Below, in pieces: positions 10,044 to 21,492 of a stretch of 64,000 bases of DNA. The position numbers were made by a program, and so were the translations under genes. Source of the stretch: Nitrosopumilus sp. (GTDB lineage Archaea > Thermoproteota > Nitrososphaeria > Nitrososphaerales > Nitrosopumilaceae). The DNA lies in the NCBI GenBank assembly GCA_965214775.1, contig OZ243974.1:2208001-2272000 (forward strand), in the 5' to 3' direction. Under the pieces are notes generated by a model. The model saw nothing but the letters and a program-made list of their open reading frames with translations. It did not search any database and was not told the DNA's origin. Each line of letters starts with the position of its first letter. Positions within the stretch are counted from its first letter, which is position 1.

Positions 10044-12575
10044 ATGAAAAAAATGCTAGTGGTAATGACACTAGCTCTTCTGGCAGGCGGAGCCGTCTTT
10101 GAAGATTCCTTTTCGTCAGGTAAAAACTCTTTTTTTGACTCGGTGAAGTTCATCCAATATGTGGATGAAAACACGGCGCTTGAAGAAGTAAGAAACGGAA
10201 ATCTGGATTTGTACTATTATAGAATTTCTTCAGACAGGTTGGAGAATCGGCATGCACGGGACGGCTTGAATGTGTTTGACTCGACAGGGGGGTCATACAG
10301 CATTCTGGTCAACCCGGCCGAATCAGAAAAATTCAACCCGTTCTCAATCAGGGATGTCCGATTTGCGTTAAACTATCTGGTTGACAGGAAATTAATCGTC
10401 AATGAGCTGATGGGAGGGTATGGCTCGCCAATATCCTCGTATTATACTCCTGCAGATCCGGAGTTCCTGACGATTATCGGGGTACTCGAACAGTTCAATT
10501 TCAGATACAACCCAACACTTGCAAATGAAATGATTGAAGGGTCGTTGTCCAAGATAGGGGCGACAAAAGATGGCGGCATCTGGGAAATCAATTCAAAACC
10601 CATAGAAATTACTATGTTTATACGAAGCGATGACGCTGTAAGAAAGTCTATTGGGGAGTTGCTGTCAGCAGAACTAGAAAGATCCGGGTTTGTTGTCAAA
10701 AAGGAATTTGGCGATTTGAACAAGGCATTTGTCGTGGTTTATGGTTCAAATCCGGCTGATGTAAAATGGAACCTTTACACCGAGGGATGGGGCCGCTCGG
10801 CATTTGTAAAGTATGATTCGGTAGGACTGGGACAGATGTATTCCCCGTGGTTCTCTGCCATGCCGGGATTCAATGACCAGACATACTGGAATTATCAAAA
10901 TGAGAGGCTAGACTCGCTTACGCAAAAAATTTACACGGGAAATTTCAGCTCAGCCAAAGAAAGAACCCAGTTGATTCAAGAAGCGGTTTATGAGGGAGTC
11001 GGCGAGTCAGTAAGGGTGTTTTTGGCAAGTAAAATCGATCAGTATGTGGCAAACGAGGAAATTTCAGGGGTGGTAAATGATTTTGGGGCGGGAGTTCCAA
11101 GTCGATTTACGCCAATTAACGCCCAGGGAGGAGGAGGCAGCGGCAATCAGGAATTGACAATTGGCGTCAAGCAAATCTATCAGGGTGCATGGAATCCTGT
11201 GATGGGCCTGACAGACAGCTACAGTAACCACATATGGGGAATAGTATCAGATCCTGGAACGTTCAAGCATCCGTTTACCGGAGAAACAATCCCGATTAGA
11301 GCCGGCTGGGTTGTAGAGTCGGCAGGACCAAATGAAAAGCTAGAGATCCCCCCGGATGCAGAAATGTGGAACCCCGCATTGCAGAGCTGGGAAAAAGTCA
11401 GAGAAGGCAGCAAAGCTATTAGCAAGGTCACATTTGACTTTGAATTCGGAAATTGGCACAATGGCGTGGCAATGGACATCAATGACATCCTGCATTCGTT
11501 GTATTTTACAGTAGAGTGGGGGACTCAAACTGACGAGAATGACAAAACGTTTGACACCGAATTTACCCCAAGGGCGACGCAAAGCATCCAGACGATTAAA
11601 GGAATCAACCAGGTCGACGAGGACACAATAGAAGTTTTTGTGGACTATTGGCATTTTGATGAGGGGGAAATAGCTGACTGGGCAGTATTGTGGAGTACTG
11701 TTCCCTTGGAGATAACTGCCGCCATGGAAAAAGCAGTGATAGAAGGGAAAACCTCCTTCTCAAGATCCGGGGCTACAAGCAAAAACATCAGCTGGCTTTC
11801 ACTGATCATCCCAAACGACGCATATCTGATAAAAAACAACCTGGACGAATTTGCAAAAAACAGCCACGTTCCCAAAGCCTTTGAGAACAAGGATGTGGAT
11901 TCGGCGTATCTCCACAACAGGTATGACGCATCAAGCAAGTGGATAGAAAAAAACAATCACGCCGTAATTAGCAACGGTCCATTTTATCTAAAGTCTTATT
12001 CTCCGGAATCTAGGACCATTCTTGTTCAGGCATTTTCAGACGAGTCATACCCGTTTAGTGCAGGAAGGTGGTCAAATTTTGAAAAACCGGATTTTCCCAT
12101 TATAGAAGGCGTCGATTCCAAGGACATCCTCAATCAGGATTCAGAGTCGGTGATAACTGTCAAAACGTCAAATTCGGATTCGATTTTATATTTTCTGACA
12201 AATGGTCGGGGGGAGCTAGTCACGTCCAATCATATTAAGAATATCGACAAGGAAACAACCATCAAACTAAGTGCAGAGGAGATAAAAAGCTTGGATGTTG
12301 GTGCCAACAGCATCAAAATTTTTGCGATTTCAAACTCTGTTCTCAAGCCAGATTTTTACGAAACAAGCTTCATCTTGTCGTCTTCAGAAACAGAGTTGCC
12401 TGAAAATACGGCTTTAGAAACCAGTGAGACAGTTGAGAGTCAGGACCATGCATTTCTGGCAGGAGCAGCAGCAGCAACAGTAGTAGTAGTAATGGCAATA
12501 ATGGTTCTGGGCATCATAATTGCCGGAATGGCAATCCGCATGAGGAAGAATAAAAAAAATCACGCCAAACCATAG
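10044..12575 (+). CDS. ABC transporter substrate-binding protein (family 5, peptide-type) with C-terminal membrane anchor
   Basis: Signal peptide, NPFS..VRFALNY..DR, WHNG, SNGPFYL, C-terminal TM helix. Confidence 0.85.
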   Translation: MKKMLVVMTLALLAGGAVFEDSFSSGKNSFFDSVKFIQYVDENTALEEVRNGNLDLYYYRISSDRLENRHARDGLNVFDSTGGSYSILVNPAESEKFNPFSIRDVRFALNYLVDRKLIVNELMGGYGSPISSYYTPADPEFLTIIGVLEQFNFRYNPTLANEMIEGSLSKIGATKDGGIWEINSKPIEITMFIRSDDAVRKSIGELLSAELERSGFVVKKEFGDLNKAFVVVYGSNPADVKWNLYTEGWGRSAFVKYDSVGLGQMYSPWFSAMPGFNDQTYWNYQNERLDSLTQKIYTGNFSSAKERTQLIQEAVYEGVGESVRVFLASKIDQYVANEEISGVVNDFGAGVPSRFTPINAQGGGGSGNQELTIGVKQIYQGAWNPVMGLTDSYSNHIWGIVSDPGTFKHPFTGETIPIRAGWVVESAGPNEKLEIPPDAEMWNPALQSWEKVREGSKAISKVTFDFEFGNWHNGVAMDINDILHSLYFTVEWGTQTDENDKTFDTEFTPRATQSIQTIKGINQVDEDTIEVFVDYWHFDEGEIADWAVLWSTVPLEITAAMEKAVIEGKTSFSRSGATSKNISWLSLIIPNDAYLIKNNLDEFAKNSHVPKAFENKDVDSAYLHNRYDASSKWIEKNNHAVISNGPFYLKSYSPESRTILVQAFSDESYPFSAGRWSNFEKPDFPIIEGVDSKDILNQDSESVITVKTSNSDSILYFLTNGRGELVTSNHIKNIDKETTIKLSAEEIKSLDVGANSIKIFAISNSVLKPDFYETSFILSSSETELPENTALETSETVESQDHAFLAGAAAATVVVVMAIMVLGIIIAGMAIRMRKNKKNHAKP

Positions 12576-13051
12576 TCGCGTAAAATGCGTTCAACGTCGC
12601 CTTCTTTTTTGGCACTGGCATAGTCGCGCAAGAGATTCTGGTTTAATTCATAAAAAGTATGCCCCCACTTGAATTTGTCAAGCAGTTTGAGACTTTGCCG
12701 TGCAAATCCAAGAATAAACAAGCTGGCAGAAATGGCCTCCACGGTTGTCAGTCTGTCGAGCTTTGCGTAATTTACGGGGTTTCCGGCAAGAAGGGGAGGC
12801 AGTCTGCGTCTGACTCCGTTAAATTTTTTTGAAAATGCCCGTTCTGCAAGCCTCCAAGAACAGTCAATTCCGACAATTGAGGATGCGGAGTTTCTGTCCT
12901 GAGGCAAGAGGCATCTCTCTGAAAAAGGATCCAAAACCAAGCTCTTGCTGCCGATTTTTTTAATGCCTTGTACGAGTCCAAATTTTACCATTTTGGCGGC
13001 CGTACATTTTTTTGGATCATCCTGATAAAACATCAGAACTTGCAGTCTCAT
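12560..13051 (-). CDS. tsr3: 16S rRNA aminocarboxypropyltransferase (DUF367)
   Basis: DPKKCTA, IDCSW, LPPLLAGNPVNY, FKWGHTF. Confidence 0.93.
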   Translation of the reverse strand: MRLQVLMFYQDDPKKCTAAKMVKFGLVQGIKKIGSKSLVLDPFSERCLLPQDRNSASSIVGIDCSWRLAERAFSKKFNGVRRRLPPLLAGNPVNYAKLDRLTTVEAISASLFILGFARQSLKLLDKFKWGHTFYELNQNLLRDYASAKKEGDVERILRDYGLA

Positions 13052-13156
13052 GTTCTCTGGGAAAATCAGAGGGTATTTTGCAGTTACTCTGGGGATTTGC
13101 AGGTGGTCTTGCGGCAGATGCATGGTCTCCCGGGGCGGTTTGACTATGTCAGGAGG

Positions 13157-16100
13157 CTACTCTGTGGATTTGTATGTGATCTTGTAGTAAAATCTAGAGA
13201 CTTGATCTTCTTCTTCTTTGATTATCTCGACATTCCACTCTGCATCAGGCAGGAATGCGATGGTGGATTCTGGCAGTATGCTGAACTTCTCTAGGCGTGT
13301 ATCCGGACCGCTATACCTGACATTGAGACTCATCCCGTCAACTTTTACAACGTCATAGATTTGTCCCGGCTTTCTGGTGGATTCACGAACAAGACACTCG
13401 GCGTCAGGCCCTATGAGGCAGACCCCTGAAGCAGTGGAAACCTTGAGATTTACGCCATCTGAGTCATTTCTGTCAGGGGTAATCAAGGAACCAGAAACAA
13501 CCCTGGGTGCAATACTGTTGAAATCAACGATTTTTTCTTCGGCAAGTATGTGAACGGTACTTTCGGAGATCCTGTTTTGCTTTTCAATTATCGTGTCTAA
13601 TTTTGGGACTGCCGGCCTTTCTACGACATCAAACTGTATTGACTTGGCACCAAAACCCGCACCAACTATTATTTCATAGGGGCCGATTGATGACGGGGAA
13701 TCGTCAATCATCAGCTCATGAACAAATGAGCCAGACGGACTGGGCAAAATTGATGTGACTGGCCCGACATTCTCCCCGCAATAAAACGAGTCGCATGTAG
13801 TAAAGTCCTCTGGCTGCTGAATTAAGCTTAGATCAAACTTCTCCAGATAAACCAGCTTTGAAGGCTTTCCTGTGACAATGACGGTATCGCCGGGATGATA
13901 TTCGGACTTGTCAGTGGACAGTAATAACTCCAGTTGAACATCAGATCCAAAGAGAAAATCATTTACCACGCTAAATGTGGATTGGGCAGAAGCTGATTGG
14001 TAGCTTGCTTTTACGGTATACTTGCCTTCGGGGAAGATGGTTGCAGGCAGTTCAAAGAAGCTGGCAAAATCTCCTCCCTGGTCTGGATAGACCTGGGATT
14101 CGTGAATTTGCCTGTATGGGAATGTTCCGTCTAGTACCTTGAGAGTGACTCGATGAGGTACTTTGATTCCTTCATCGCTCTGCTCTACAACCATTACGTT
14201 TCCTGTTACGAGAAGCCTTTCACCGACTTTGTAGATGGATTTTTCAGTTTCCACAACAATTGGTTCTTGAGGCAGTGAGTAGTTTGCAGGATCCTCTGAA
14301 ACCTTGAAGAAAATGTTTTTGCTGTATGAATCAGCAGAGACTAGAATTCTGTAAACGCCAAAGTTAGAGGTGTTTCCTTCTCTGCCCTCGTCAGATTTGA
14401 TGTTTTGGTATTTTTCTGATATTGGGGTGGTCCATGACCAAGTAAATCGCTGATTATCGACAGATGCGCCAGAATTTGTCCTGGTGCCGTCGGGTCGAAT
14501 AAGCGAGATGTCGACGGAGCGCTCACCGGCAGGCGGAATAATTCCAGTCAAAGTGACCTGCTCGCCCAACCCGTAAACTTCCTTGTCAGTAGAAATCAAC
14601 GCGCCGCCATCAAGATTTAGGGAGTCAGCAACTGCAAAGGAAGCAGTCGCAACATGTTCTTGGTATTCAGATTTTACAACATAGTTTCCTTCGGGGAAAA
14701 TATTTTGTGTGATTCCAATGGATGCCGAATAACTTCCCGAGGCTTCGGGAATTGCGGTAAAATCATACCCGATAACTACCCCGTCAGAACGCAGTGACCG
14801 CTCACCCTTGCCCAATCCGATGATTTCCAGCGGGGTTCCGTCTTCATGAGTAACTGTAATTTCGACAAAAGCGCCTGTAGAATAGCTGGAATTTCCAAAC
14901 GGATCCTTTACAAAGCCGCTCACAACGATTTCATCGCCTATATCGTAAAGCTGGCTGTCAGTTTGAACAGTTATTGGATCAGCGGATGCTACAAAAGCGC
15001 CTGGATCCTCCACTGCTGAAACGATTGCTGTTGCTGCGCCAACGTCTTTGGAGACCGTTATCTTGTAATCGCCATACCTGCCTGGGTTGTCTGGAATTAC
15101 AAACGAATATTCAAACGTCCCGTCACCATTGATTTGAAGCCCGTCTAAAATTTTGAAGCTAGAGTCACTTGTAGCAGAAATCGAGGTTTGTTTGGTTTGG
15201 ACGACTTCTAAATCAAGCGTGCTAATCCAGACATCGTTTAACCTGCCTGTGATTTGAACGGTGTCCCCCAAGGCATATGCAGGACTGTCAGTCCACAATG
15301 AAATCGGGACGTCCTCTTTGAAATCCTCAACTACTTCAAACGTGCTTGAGGTGGATTGGCCATGGTACTGTGCGTTAATCGTATATTCGCCAAAGCTGGG
15401 ATTGACAGTCGTTACAAAGAGTCTGGTCTTAAATTCACCATCGACTGGAAACAACGTGCCCTGAGAAACCAGTTCTCCGGCACCGTCAGTTACGGTAAAA
15501 GACATTCCCTCAAATGGAATAATATCAGTTGCAAAGCCGGTAATAGTTACAGACTCGCCTGGAATGTACTGGGATTTATCAGAAACCATTCCCAATTCAG
15601 AATCTTCTGGTTCTTCGGTTTCAGCTGTTTCAAAGCCGACATTAAACGATGCCGATGCGTCTGCTCCTGCATAAGATGCAGTCACGTCATATGTTCCCTC
15701 GTTAATTCCAAGAACCTGGTGAAGGGTCAACGTTGCCTCGTAACTAAGATTTAGATCAGGATAGAGAGTCAAAACGTCATTGTAGTTTGGGCCGGATATT
15801 GCCAGAGTGATGGACTCTGGTTTGAAAAACGGCTTTTCGACAAAAACCTTTTCTGATACGGAACCAAAAATAACGGCAGTCTCTCCAAACAAGTAAGAAG
15901 GTTTTTCAGCATCAAGAGTTATCGTAATCCCCTCTGATTTTTGCGTTTCAACTAACTTTCCATTAGAAGAACCAGCTGTTGATGTGGCAAACTTCCAACC
16001 ATCTGCACCATCAAGATCAAAACCGTCGTAGATTCTTTGCCATGATGAAAGATCGTTTTGACTATCGGCAACTAGGGGGGTCTTGTCAATTACAACCCCG

Positions 16101-16441
16101 CTTTCATCACGCAGCTCTACTGATTCGTTTGAATCTGTGAACCATAAATTTTGATAGGAATAAGTCAGAAACTGTCCCGGTTCAATCATCGTTCCCTCGG
16201 GAACCGTCATTGTCTTCTTTAAGACAGTCGTTGATGCAATCTGCCATCCGCCTAAATCAATTGCAGAATCAGTCGGATTGTACAGCTCGACCCATTCGGA
16301 GACAGTCGTGGCATCGTCCCCTGGAGGATTTGTATCCACTTCGTTAATTACGACATTGTCTGAGGACTGGGCAAATGCAGGAGGAACCGTCAATCCTGCA
16401 GCTAGCAACAGTAATGAAAGTATGGCACACATGTTTTTCAT
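13157..16441 (-). CDS. Secreted lamin-tail-domain protein with repeated Ig/MG2-like modules
   Basis: Signal peptide, VVINEV...EWVELYN...DLGGWQI, repeated (T/S)DK..Y..G(E/D). Confidence 0.85.
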   Translation of the reverse strand: MKNMCAILSLLLLAAGLTVPPAFAQSSDNVVINEVDTNPPGDDATTVSEWVELYNPTDSAIDLGGWQIASTTVLKKTMTVPEGTMIEPGQFLTYSYQNLWFTDSNESVELRDESGVVIDKTPLVADSQNDLSSWQRIYDGFDLDGADGWKFATSTAGSSNGKLVETQKSEGITITLDAEKPSYLFGETAVIFGSVSEKVFVEKPFFKPESITLAISGPNYNDVLTLYPDLNLSYEATLTLHQVLGINEGTYDVTASYAGADASASFNVGFETAETEEPEDSELGMVSDKSQYIPGESVTITGFATDIIPFEGMSFTVTDGAGELVSQGTLFPVDGEFKTRLFVTTVNPSFGEYTINAQYHGQSTSSTFEVVEDFKEDVPISLWTDSPAYALGDTVQITGRLNDVWISTLDLEVVQTKQTSISATSDSSFKILDGLQINGDGTFEYSFVIPDNPGRYGDYKITVSKDVGAATAIVSAVEDPGAFVASADPITVQTDSQLYDIGDEIVVSGFVKDPFGNSSYSTGAFVEITVTHEDGTPLEIIGLGKGERSLRSDGVVIGYDFTAIPEASGSYSASIGITQNIFPEGNYVVKSEYQEHVATASFAVADSLNLDGGALISTDKEVYGLGEQVTLTGIIPPAGERSVDISLIRPDGTRTNSGASVDNQRFTWSWTTPISEKYQNIKSDEGREGNTSNFGVYRILVSADSYSKNIFFKVSEDPANYSLPQEPIVVETEKSIYKVGERLLVTGNVMVVEQSDEGIKVPHRVTLKVLDGTFPYRQIHESQVYPDQGGDFASFFELPATIFPEGKYTVKASYQSASAQSTFSVVNDFLFGSDVQLELLLSTDKSEYHPGDTVIVTGKPSKLVYLEKFDLSLIQQPEDFTTCDSFYCGENVGPVTSILPSPSGSFVHELMIDDSPSSIGPYEIIVGAGFGAKSIQFDVVERPAVPKLDTIIEKQNRISESTVHILAEEKIVDFNSIAPRVVSGSLITPDRNDSDGVNLKVSTASGVCLIGPDAECLVRESTRKPGQIYDVVKVDGMSLNVRYSGPDTRLEKFSILPESTIAFLPDAEWNVEIIKEEEDQVSRFYYKITYKSTE

Positions 16442-16581
16442 TGCGATCTCCTGATTTTTCTGCCTAAAAGACCCATTTTAGAATGGGATTGAGGAAAAGT
16501 TGAGCTTGTTGTTAAAGTCCTATATCTCAAGTTCATGTATATTTTTGGATTTTTTACGTTTTAAAAAGCCGTGCGTAGAAA

Positions 16582-16827
16582 TCATTCCTGCGAACCGCAA
16601 TTTGGGCATTTTTTATTCCGTACAGGGCCCCCACACTCCATACAGAGTCCCTCCTTGCCGACATGTTTTTCAATAGATTGCTTGCGCTTTTCAACATAGA
16701 ATTTGATTCCAAAATACATCAATGAGACAATAACTGCGGCATAAAACGGGGACATGAACGGAATCAATCCGATCATAAAAAGCAGCAATCCTGCAACTAG
16801 AACTGCGTCACGTCTTTCAAATTTCAC
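16582..16827 (-). CDS. Small membrane protein with C-terminal Zn ribbon
   Basis: Two TM helices, CMECGG...CPNCG. Confidence 0.7.
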   Translation of the reverse strand: MKFERRDAVLVAGLLLFMIGLIPFMSPFYAAVIVSLMYFGIKFYVEKRKQSIEKHVGKEGLCMECGGPVRNKKCPNCGSQE

Positions 16828-16970
16828 TAGATCAGGGATGTTTCAGAATTGATAAAAACGTGCCGGAGCTCAGAGCCAATTGGTTGTTACTTCATATGGT
16901 AGTCATCACTCTAACTCTTCTTCATTGCTCGGCATGTAAAATAGGGGATAATTCGATAATAAGATGGTGG

Positions 16971-17047
16971 TGGTGGGACCGGCGAGATTTGAACGCGCGA
17001 CCTCTGCGTCCCAAACGCAGAATCATACCAAGCTAGACTACGATCCC
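16971..17047 (-). tRNA. tRNA-Pro (TGG), CCA encoded
   Basis: Acceptor GGGATCG/CGGTCCC, anticodon arm CTGCG-TTTGGGA-CGCAG, T loop TTCAAAT. Confidence 0.95.
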
Positions 17048-17186
17048 AGTAAACCCAAAGAATAGTCCAATTTAAGCCTCACAGATTTTTAAAAATACGG
17101 CAAAAATCATTAAATTTCAAGATCAAGAATACTCCAAAACAACTCTTGGAATTCTTTGCTTCAGACATCATCATCAACGTGCCAGG

Positions 17187-17280
17187 TCGGACTCTGGGAG
17201 CTCAGGCATGAATTTTGCTGCCAGCAAATACCGATCAAAGAAAATCTGTGGCCAAAATCAGAAACGACTTTCAGACACCA
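17187..17280 (+). mobile_element. MITE family 2 copy (degenerate)
   Basis: Colinear with 29945-30039. Confidence 0.7.
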
Positions 17281-17863
17281 GCCTGTTACTCAAACTCCGA
17301 CTGGTGTCTCTTCAACAGGTTTTTCATTTGCATCATCATAAAAGCAGCAACAGTAGGACTTGGCCCAACCGGCCAAATTCGTTGAATGTAACCATTCCAG
17401 ATTCCGGTTTGGGGTACAACGTCAGATCCACCGTAAAATCAGGCGCAAACAGGAATCGGATAAATGTTTTACGACTAAAAAATTGAGGAGCTGACATTGT
17501 ACAGTTTGGGCATTAAAAACATCTGAAAAAAAAAATCCGATTTTTTCCATATGTCAAAAAAGCGCAAATTCTACAGTTGCACTGTCTCCGGTAATTAGAA
17601 CCGGAGTGCTGCTGGAAAATCTAATAACCCATGACTGCAAATATGACATGCACAGGAATGCGGCGCGAGGGACATGGCAATCAAGATCCCGGCAGGCAGT
17701 GCCGCCTAGGGGCAAACCATTCCTCATTATTGGGGACTTGCGTTAATACGTGGCATTACTTGTACAAATCGAACAGACGCCAGGTTTCCCCAAGCCATCT
17801 CGGGAAAGGAACCGGACCGATGATCAGATAATCATTTTAAAGGCAAGAAAATTATTCAAAAAC

Positions 17864-18760
17864 GTGCAAATAGAAGACTATCAAAAGGCCGGAAAGGTTG
17901 CAGGCGAGGTCCGTGAAATGGCCAGATCAAAAGATTGGATTGGAAAAACGGTTTACGAAATTTGTGAGGAAATCGAATCGGAAATTCAAAAACGGGGAGC
18001 TAAATGCGCATTTCCAGTAAATACCAGCATCAACGAGGTTGCCGCACACTATACGGCAGAACCCGGTGATCCCTTGACGATAAAAGATTCAGATCTGCTA
18101 AAAATCGATCTGGGCGCACAGGTTAACGGACACATTGCAGATACTGCCGTCACTGTTTGCTATGATGTGCAATTTGACGGACTGGTTCAGGCAGCAGAAG
18201 AATCTCTTAGAAACGCAATGTCCATGATAAAATCAGGAGTCAAGGCAAGTGACATCGGCAGGAAAATTGAAACCACGATTAAGCAAATGGGATTCAAACC
18301 TATTGCAAATCTTAGCGGACATTCTCTGGACCAATACACCATTCACGCCGGAAAATCAATTCCAAACGTATGGTCCATTGGGGGGTTTTCCTTGTCAGGC
18401 AATTCTGCGTATGCATGTGAGCCGTTTGTAACTACCTCTGAAGGGGGAGGATTTGTAAGAAATGGACAGATAAAGAACATCTTTGCCTTAAACTCTAGAA
18501 AGAAAACAAAGGATTCTGAAGCAGATGAATTGTTGGATTTCATTTGGGAGAATTTCAACATGCTTCCATTTGCATTAAGATGGATTACAAGGAAATACGA
18601 ATTCAAAAAGGCAAAGGAACTTTTGGATTTCCTGGTAAAGAAGAAAGCTGTCAAGGCATATCCGATCCTACTCGAAATAAACGGGCAGAGGGTTGCTCAG
18701 GCAGAACACACGTTCATTCCTAATGAGAATGGGGTCACAGTTACAACTGCAGCCCCATGA
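17864..18760 (+). CDS. map: Methionine aminopeptidase type II
   Basis: AAHYT, KIDLG, IADTA, LSGH, ACEPF, QAEHT; probable GTG start at 17864. Confidence 0.95.
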   Translation: MQIEDYQKAGKVAGEVREMARSKDWIGKTVYEICEEIESEIQKRGAKCAFPVNTSINEVAAHYTAEPGDPLTIKDSDLLKIDLGAQVNGHIADTAVTVCYDVQFDGLVQAAEESLRNAMSMIKSGVKASDIGRKIETTIKQMGFKPIANLSGHSLDQYTIHAGKSIPNVWSIGGFSLSGNSAYACEPFVTTSEGGGFVRNGQIKNIFALNSRKKTKDSEADELLDFIWENFNMLPFALRWITRKYEFKKAKELLDFLVKKKAVKAYPILLEINGQRVAQAEHTFIPNENGVTVTTAAP

Positions 18761-19131
18761 TGATCAATTAGAGAAAAGATGGGTGAAGAAATTAGGCCAT
18801 GCCCAAATGCAGGGATTGACGTTTTTCAGTCAGCGTGAAGGGGAAGAAGAAGAGCAGGAACAGTATGAAGACATCACTTGGTTTTGTCTTTTGCGCGATA
18901 TAAAATTCAATGCAGAATGGCCGTTGTTACCATTGCTACCGTTACCATCACTATTGCTCGAGTGTCTGACCATAGATTTTCTCTATCAACATTGTTCCCT
19001 CGCAGGACAAACAACCAGAGGACTCTGAAAATAAAATATCGCCTTTGGCGAACTCTCGTTTTTTTACTGTCTCACATTTGGGGCATTTCTCAACCGTATA
19101 TGCAATTGTGATTTTTTTCTTGGAGAACATG

Positions 19132-20253
19132 CTATTGGGGAACTCCCACGGTGTTTCCTACCCCGATTACTAATACTGATTGGCCGGGTTTGGTGTTGTC
19201 TCTGATCATCTCATAAACCTGAAAAGTCACAGCCTCTGCCTGATCAGCTATTTGTTTTGTCATCAGAGTTATGGCTTCTTTTACAGACTGTTTTACAACA
19301 ATCGAGAATACGGGAATGCTTGATCTTGTCGCAATCTCTTCAATTTGGAACCTCTCAGTTCCAATGCCGCCTATTGCGGCACCAAAACCCTGTGCAACAG
19401 ACGCCGAATCCTCGCCTTCCATCTTCAAAGCCGCATCAATCATGATTATCGCATCCAAATGACTCTTTGAAATTAAATTTTCCAGTCCGTCTGCAGGTCT
19501 TCCTACAGCAGAACCTGGACCCTCTGCCTTTAATAAGAAAAGTTTTCTGGATTCAAATTCTGTTCGAGCAAGGACAGTCTGAAACGAAATTGTTTCCTTT
19601 GGATGGCTTAGCATCATTTTTCCAACAATCATGGGACCAATTCCATCCCCTACGGGCTGACCTGCCTTAAAGGCAGGAATAGCTTCCTTCATCGCCTCTG
19701 CCTGCTCCATTATAAAAGGAAGAAGCATCTGAAGTGGCAAAATTAACGGATAATTGTTTTGTTTTTTTGCAGTTAGATACATGTGATTGATGATCTTGTG
19801 GATCATCTGTAATGAGGATGCTATCTCTAATAGCGTCTGGGCCCTGTTTAATTCAACCTTGCTGATTTCTGGGCAAAGCAGACAGATGTGTTTGCGGGTG
19901 TGGTCTTCACGGGATCTTACGGTATGTCTTACCTTGTCTACAATTCCGTTAGGATCCATGTCCACAGGCATTATTGTAAAGTATTCCAAAAATCGGTCAA
20001 TTTTTTCTGTCGGATTATTCTTTGGACTCAGATTTTTTCTGACATAATCGATCAATTCGGTTCTTGACTCTGCCCGAAAAGAATCCAGTTTTTTAATCCC
20101 CTTTTTGATTTCGCCTGAAGTGATATAAAGCTGGATACGCTGGCCGTAAAAAACGAAAACGATTATCGGGATAATCCAGATCAACATCATAATCGGATTC
20201 GCATCATCACCCATTCCAAACAACTGATCAAAGTCAAGGTTTGTAAAATTCAC
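19132..20253 (-). CDS. DUF1512 family protein
   Basis: PVDMDPNG, GDGIGP, IDAALKMEGE, IGVGNTVG. Confidence 0.85.
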   Translation of the reverse strand: MNFTNLDFDQLFGMGDDANPIMMLIWIIPIIVFVFYGQRIQLYITSGEIKKGIKKLDSFRAESRTELIDYVRKNLSPKNNPTEKIDRFLEYFTIMPVDMDPNGIVDKVRHTVRSREDHTRKHICLLCPEISKVELNRAQTLLEIASSLQMIHKIINHMYLTAKKQNNYPLILPLQMLLPFIMEQAEAMKEAIPAFKAGQPVGDGIGPMIVGKMMLSHPKETISFQTVLARTEFESRKLFLLKAEGPGSAVGRPADGLENLISKSHLDAIIMIDAALKMEGEDSASVAQGFGAAIGGIGTERFQIEEIATRSSIPVFSIVVKQSVKEAITLMTKQIADQAEAVTFQVYEMIRDNTKPGQSVLVIGVGNTVGVPQ

Positions 20254-20394
20254 TAGACTCAGCGATCGTCGGATGTAAATTAAATGATTCGACGGATCCG
20301 GTCCTAAAAAACGCCAAAAAATGCCAAAAAACTGTTCCAGAGCACAAAAAATGGCGAGTCCTTTTATTACAGTTAAAATACAAAAAAGCCGAAT

Positions 20395-20955
20395 ATGCCA
20401 CAAACGAAACCTATCGTAAGCGTGGAAAACGTTGTAGCGTCAGCTTCTGTAGATCAGAAGATGGACTTGAACGAAATAACAAAAACATTTCCAGATGTGG
20501 AATATCATCCTGATCAATTTCCAGGGCTTGTTTTCAGACTAAAGAGTCCAAAGACTGCCACGTTGATTTTCACTTCAGGTAAAATGGTGTGTACGGGCTC
20601 CAAATCAGAAGAAATGGCAAGAAAGGCTGTAAAGACAGTTGTCCAGAAACTCCGGAAGGGCGGAATCAAAGTTAAGAAAGACGCAGTTGTCGAAATTCAA
20701 AATATTGTTGCGTCAATCAACCTTGGCGGAAAAATCCACTTGGAACAGGCTGCAAGAACATTGCCAAGAAGCATGTACGAACCAGAACAGTTTCCGGGAC
20801 TAATCCACAGAATGCTTGATCCAAAAACAGTCATTTTGTTGTTTTCATCGGGAAAACTTGTATGTACCGGAGCTAAAAAAGAACCGGATGTTTACAGATC
20901 AGTAAACAACTTGCATGCATTACTTGAGGAAAAAGAACTTATGATTTATAACTAG
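20395..20955 (+). CDS. tbp: TATA-box-binding protein
   Basis: Two repeats of NVVAS...Y.P.QFPGL...LIF.SGK.VCTG. Confidence 0.98.
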   Translation: MPQTKPIVSVENVVASASVDQKMDLNEITKTFPDVEYHPDQFPGLVFRLKSPKTATLIFTSGKMVCTGSKSEEMARKAVKTVVQKLRKGGIKVKKDAVVEIQNIVASINLGGKIHLEQAARTLPRSMYEPEQFPGLIHRMLDPKTVILLFSSGKLVCTGAKKEPDVYRSVNNLHALLEEKELMIYN

Positions 20956-21019
20956 TCATAGCTCGAACTTTTTTTAATTCATTTTCAAAGATGGTTTTGG
21001 TGCCGTATTTGGCCCGTTA

Positions 21020-21093
21020 GGCCTTGTGCGTAGTCGGTTGGGATCTGGGTTACTACAAACAAACTCCCCTCATTCAGGCCGATTACACACAAT
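21020..21093 (+). mobile_element. MITE family 5 copy (~75 bp)
   Basis: IR ttgtgcgtagtcgg / ccgattacacacaa; colinear with 25620-25699. Confidence 0.7.
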
Positions 21094-21492
21094 GTTGGGT
21101 GTGTTTTTTTGTTTGATCATGTACATTTGTGGGGGATGGGAGAGAGAGGGAAGGAGGGATCTGTCTCCTTATTTGTCAGAACTTCTGAAAACAGCTGGGT
21201 TGCCATGTGGGCTAGGCGTGCAAAAGGGCGGAAGTTCAGAAACGCGTGCAGATTGAGCCAAATCATCAATTATGTGACAACCCCTGCCGATGGAATCTAC
21301 AAGGTAACGGTTCCAAGGCATTCATAGACTGCAAGGGAATCATGCTATACATATCGTACAATCAGGGTTGGGCAGGGAGACTTTTTTGAGATAACGACGG
21401 ATTTTCAGGATCAGTCACGAGGCCCAACAATGACAAAACCACCGCACAGATCGATTTTTTATATGATAAACTGCTATTTACTGCGAAATCAG

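Noticed and set aside
18757-19111. Short ORFs after map
   Set aside because: Low-complexity and frame-broken; at most a degraded pseudogene
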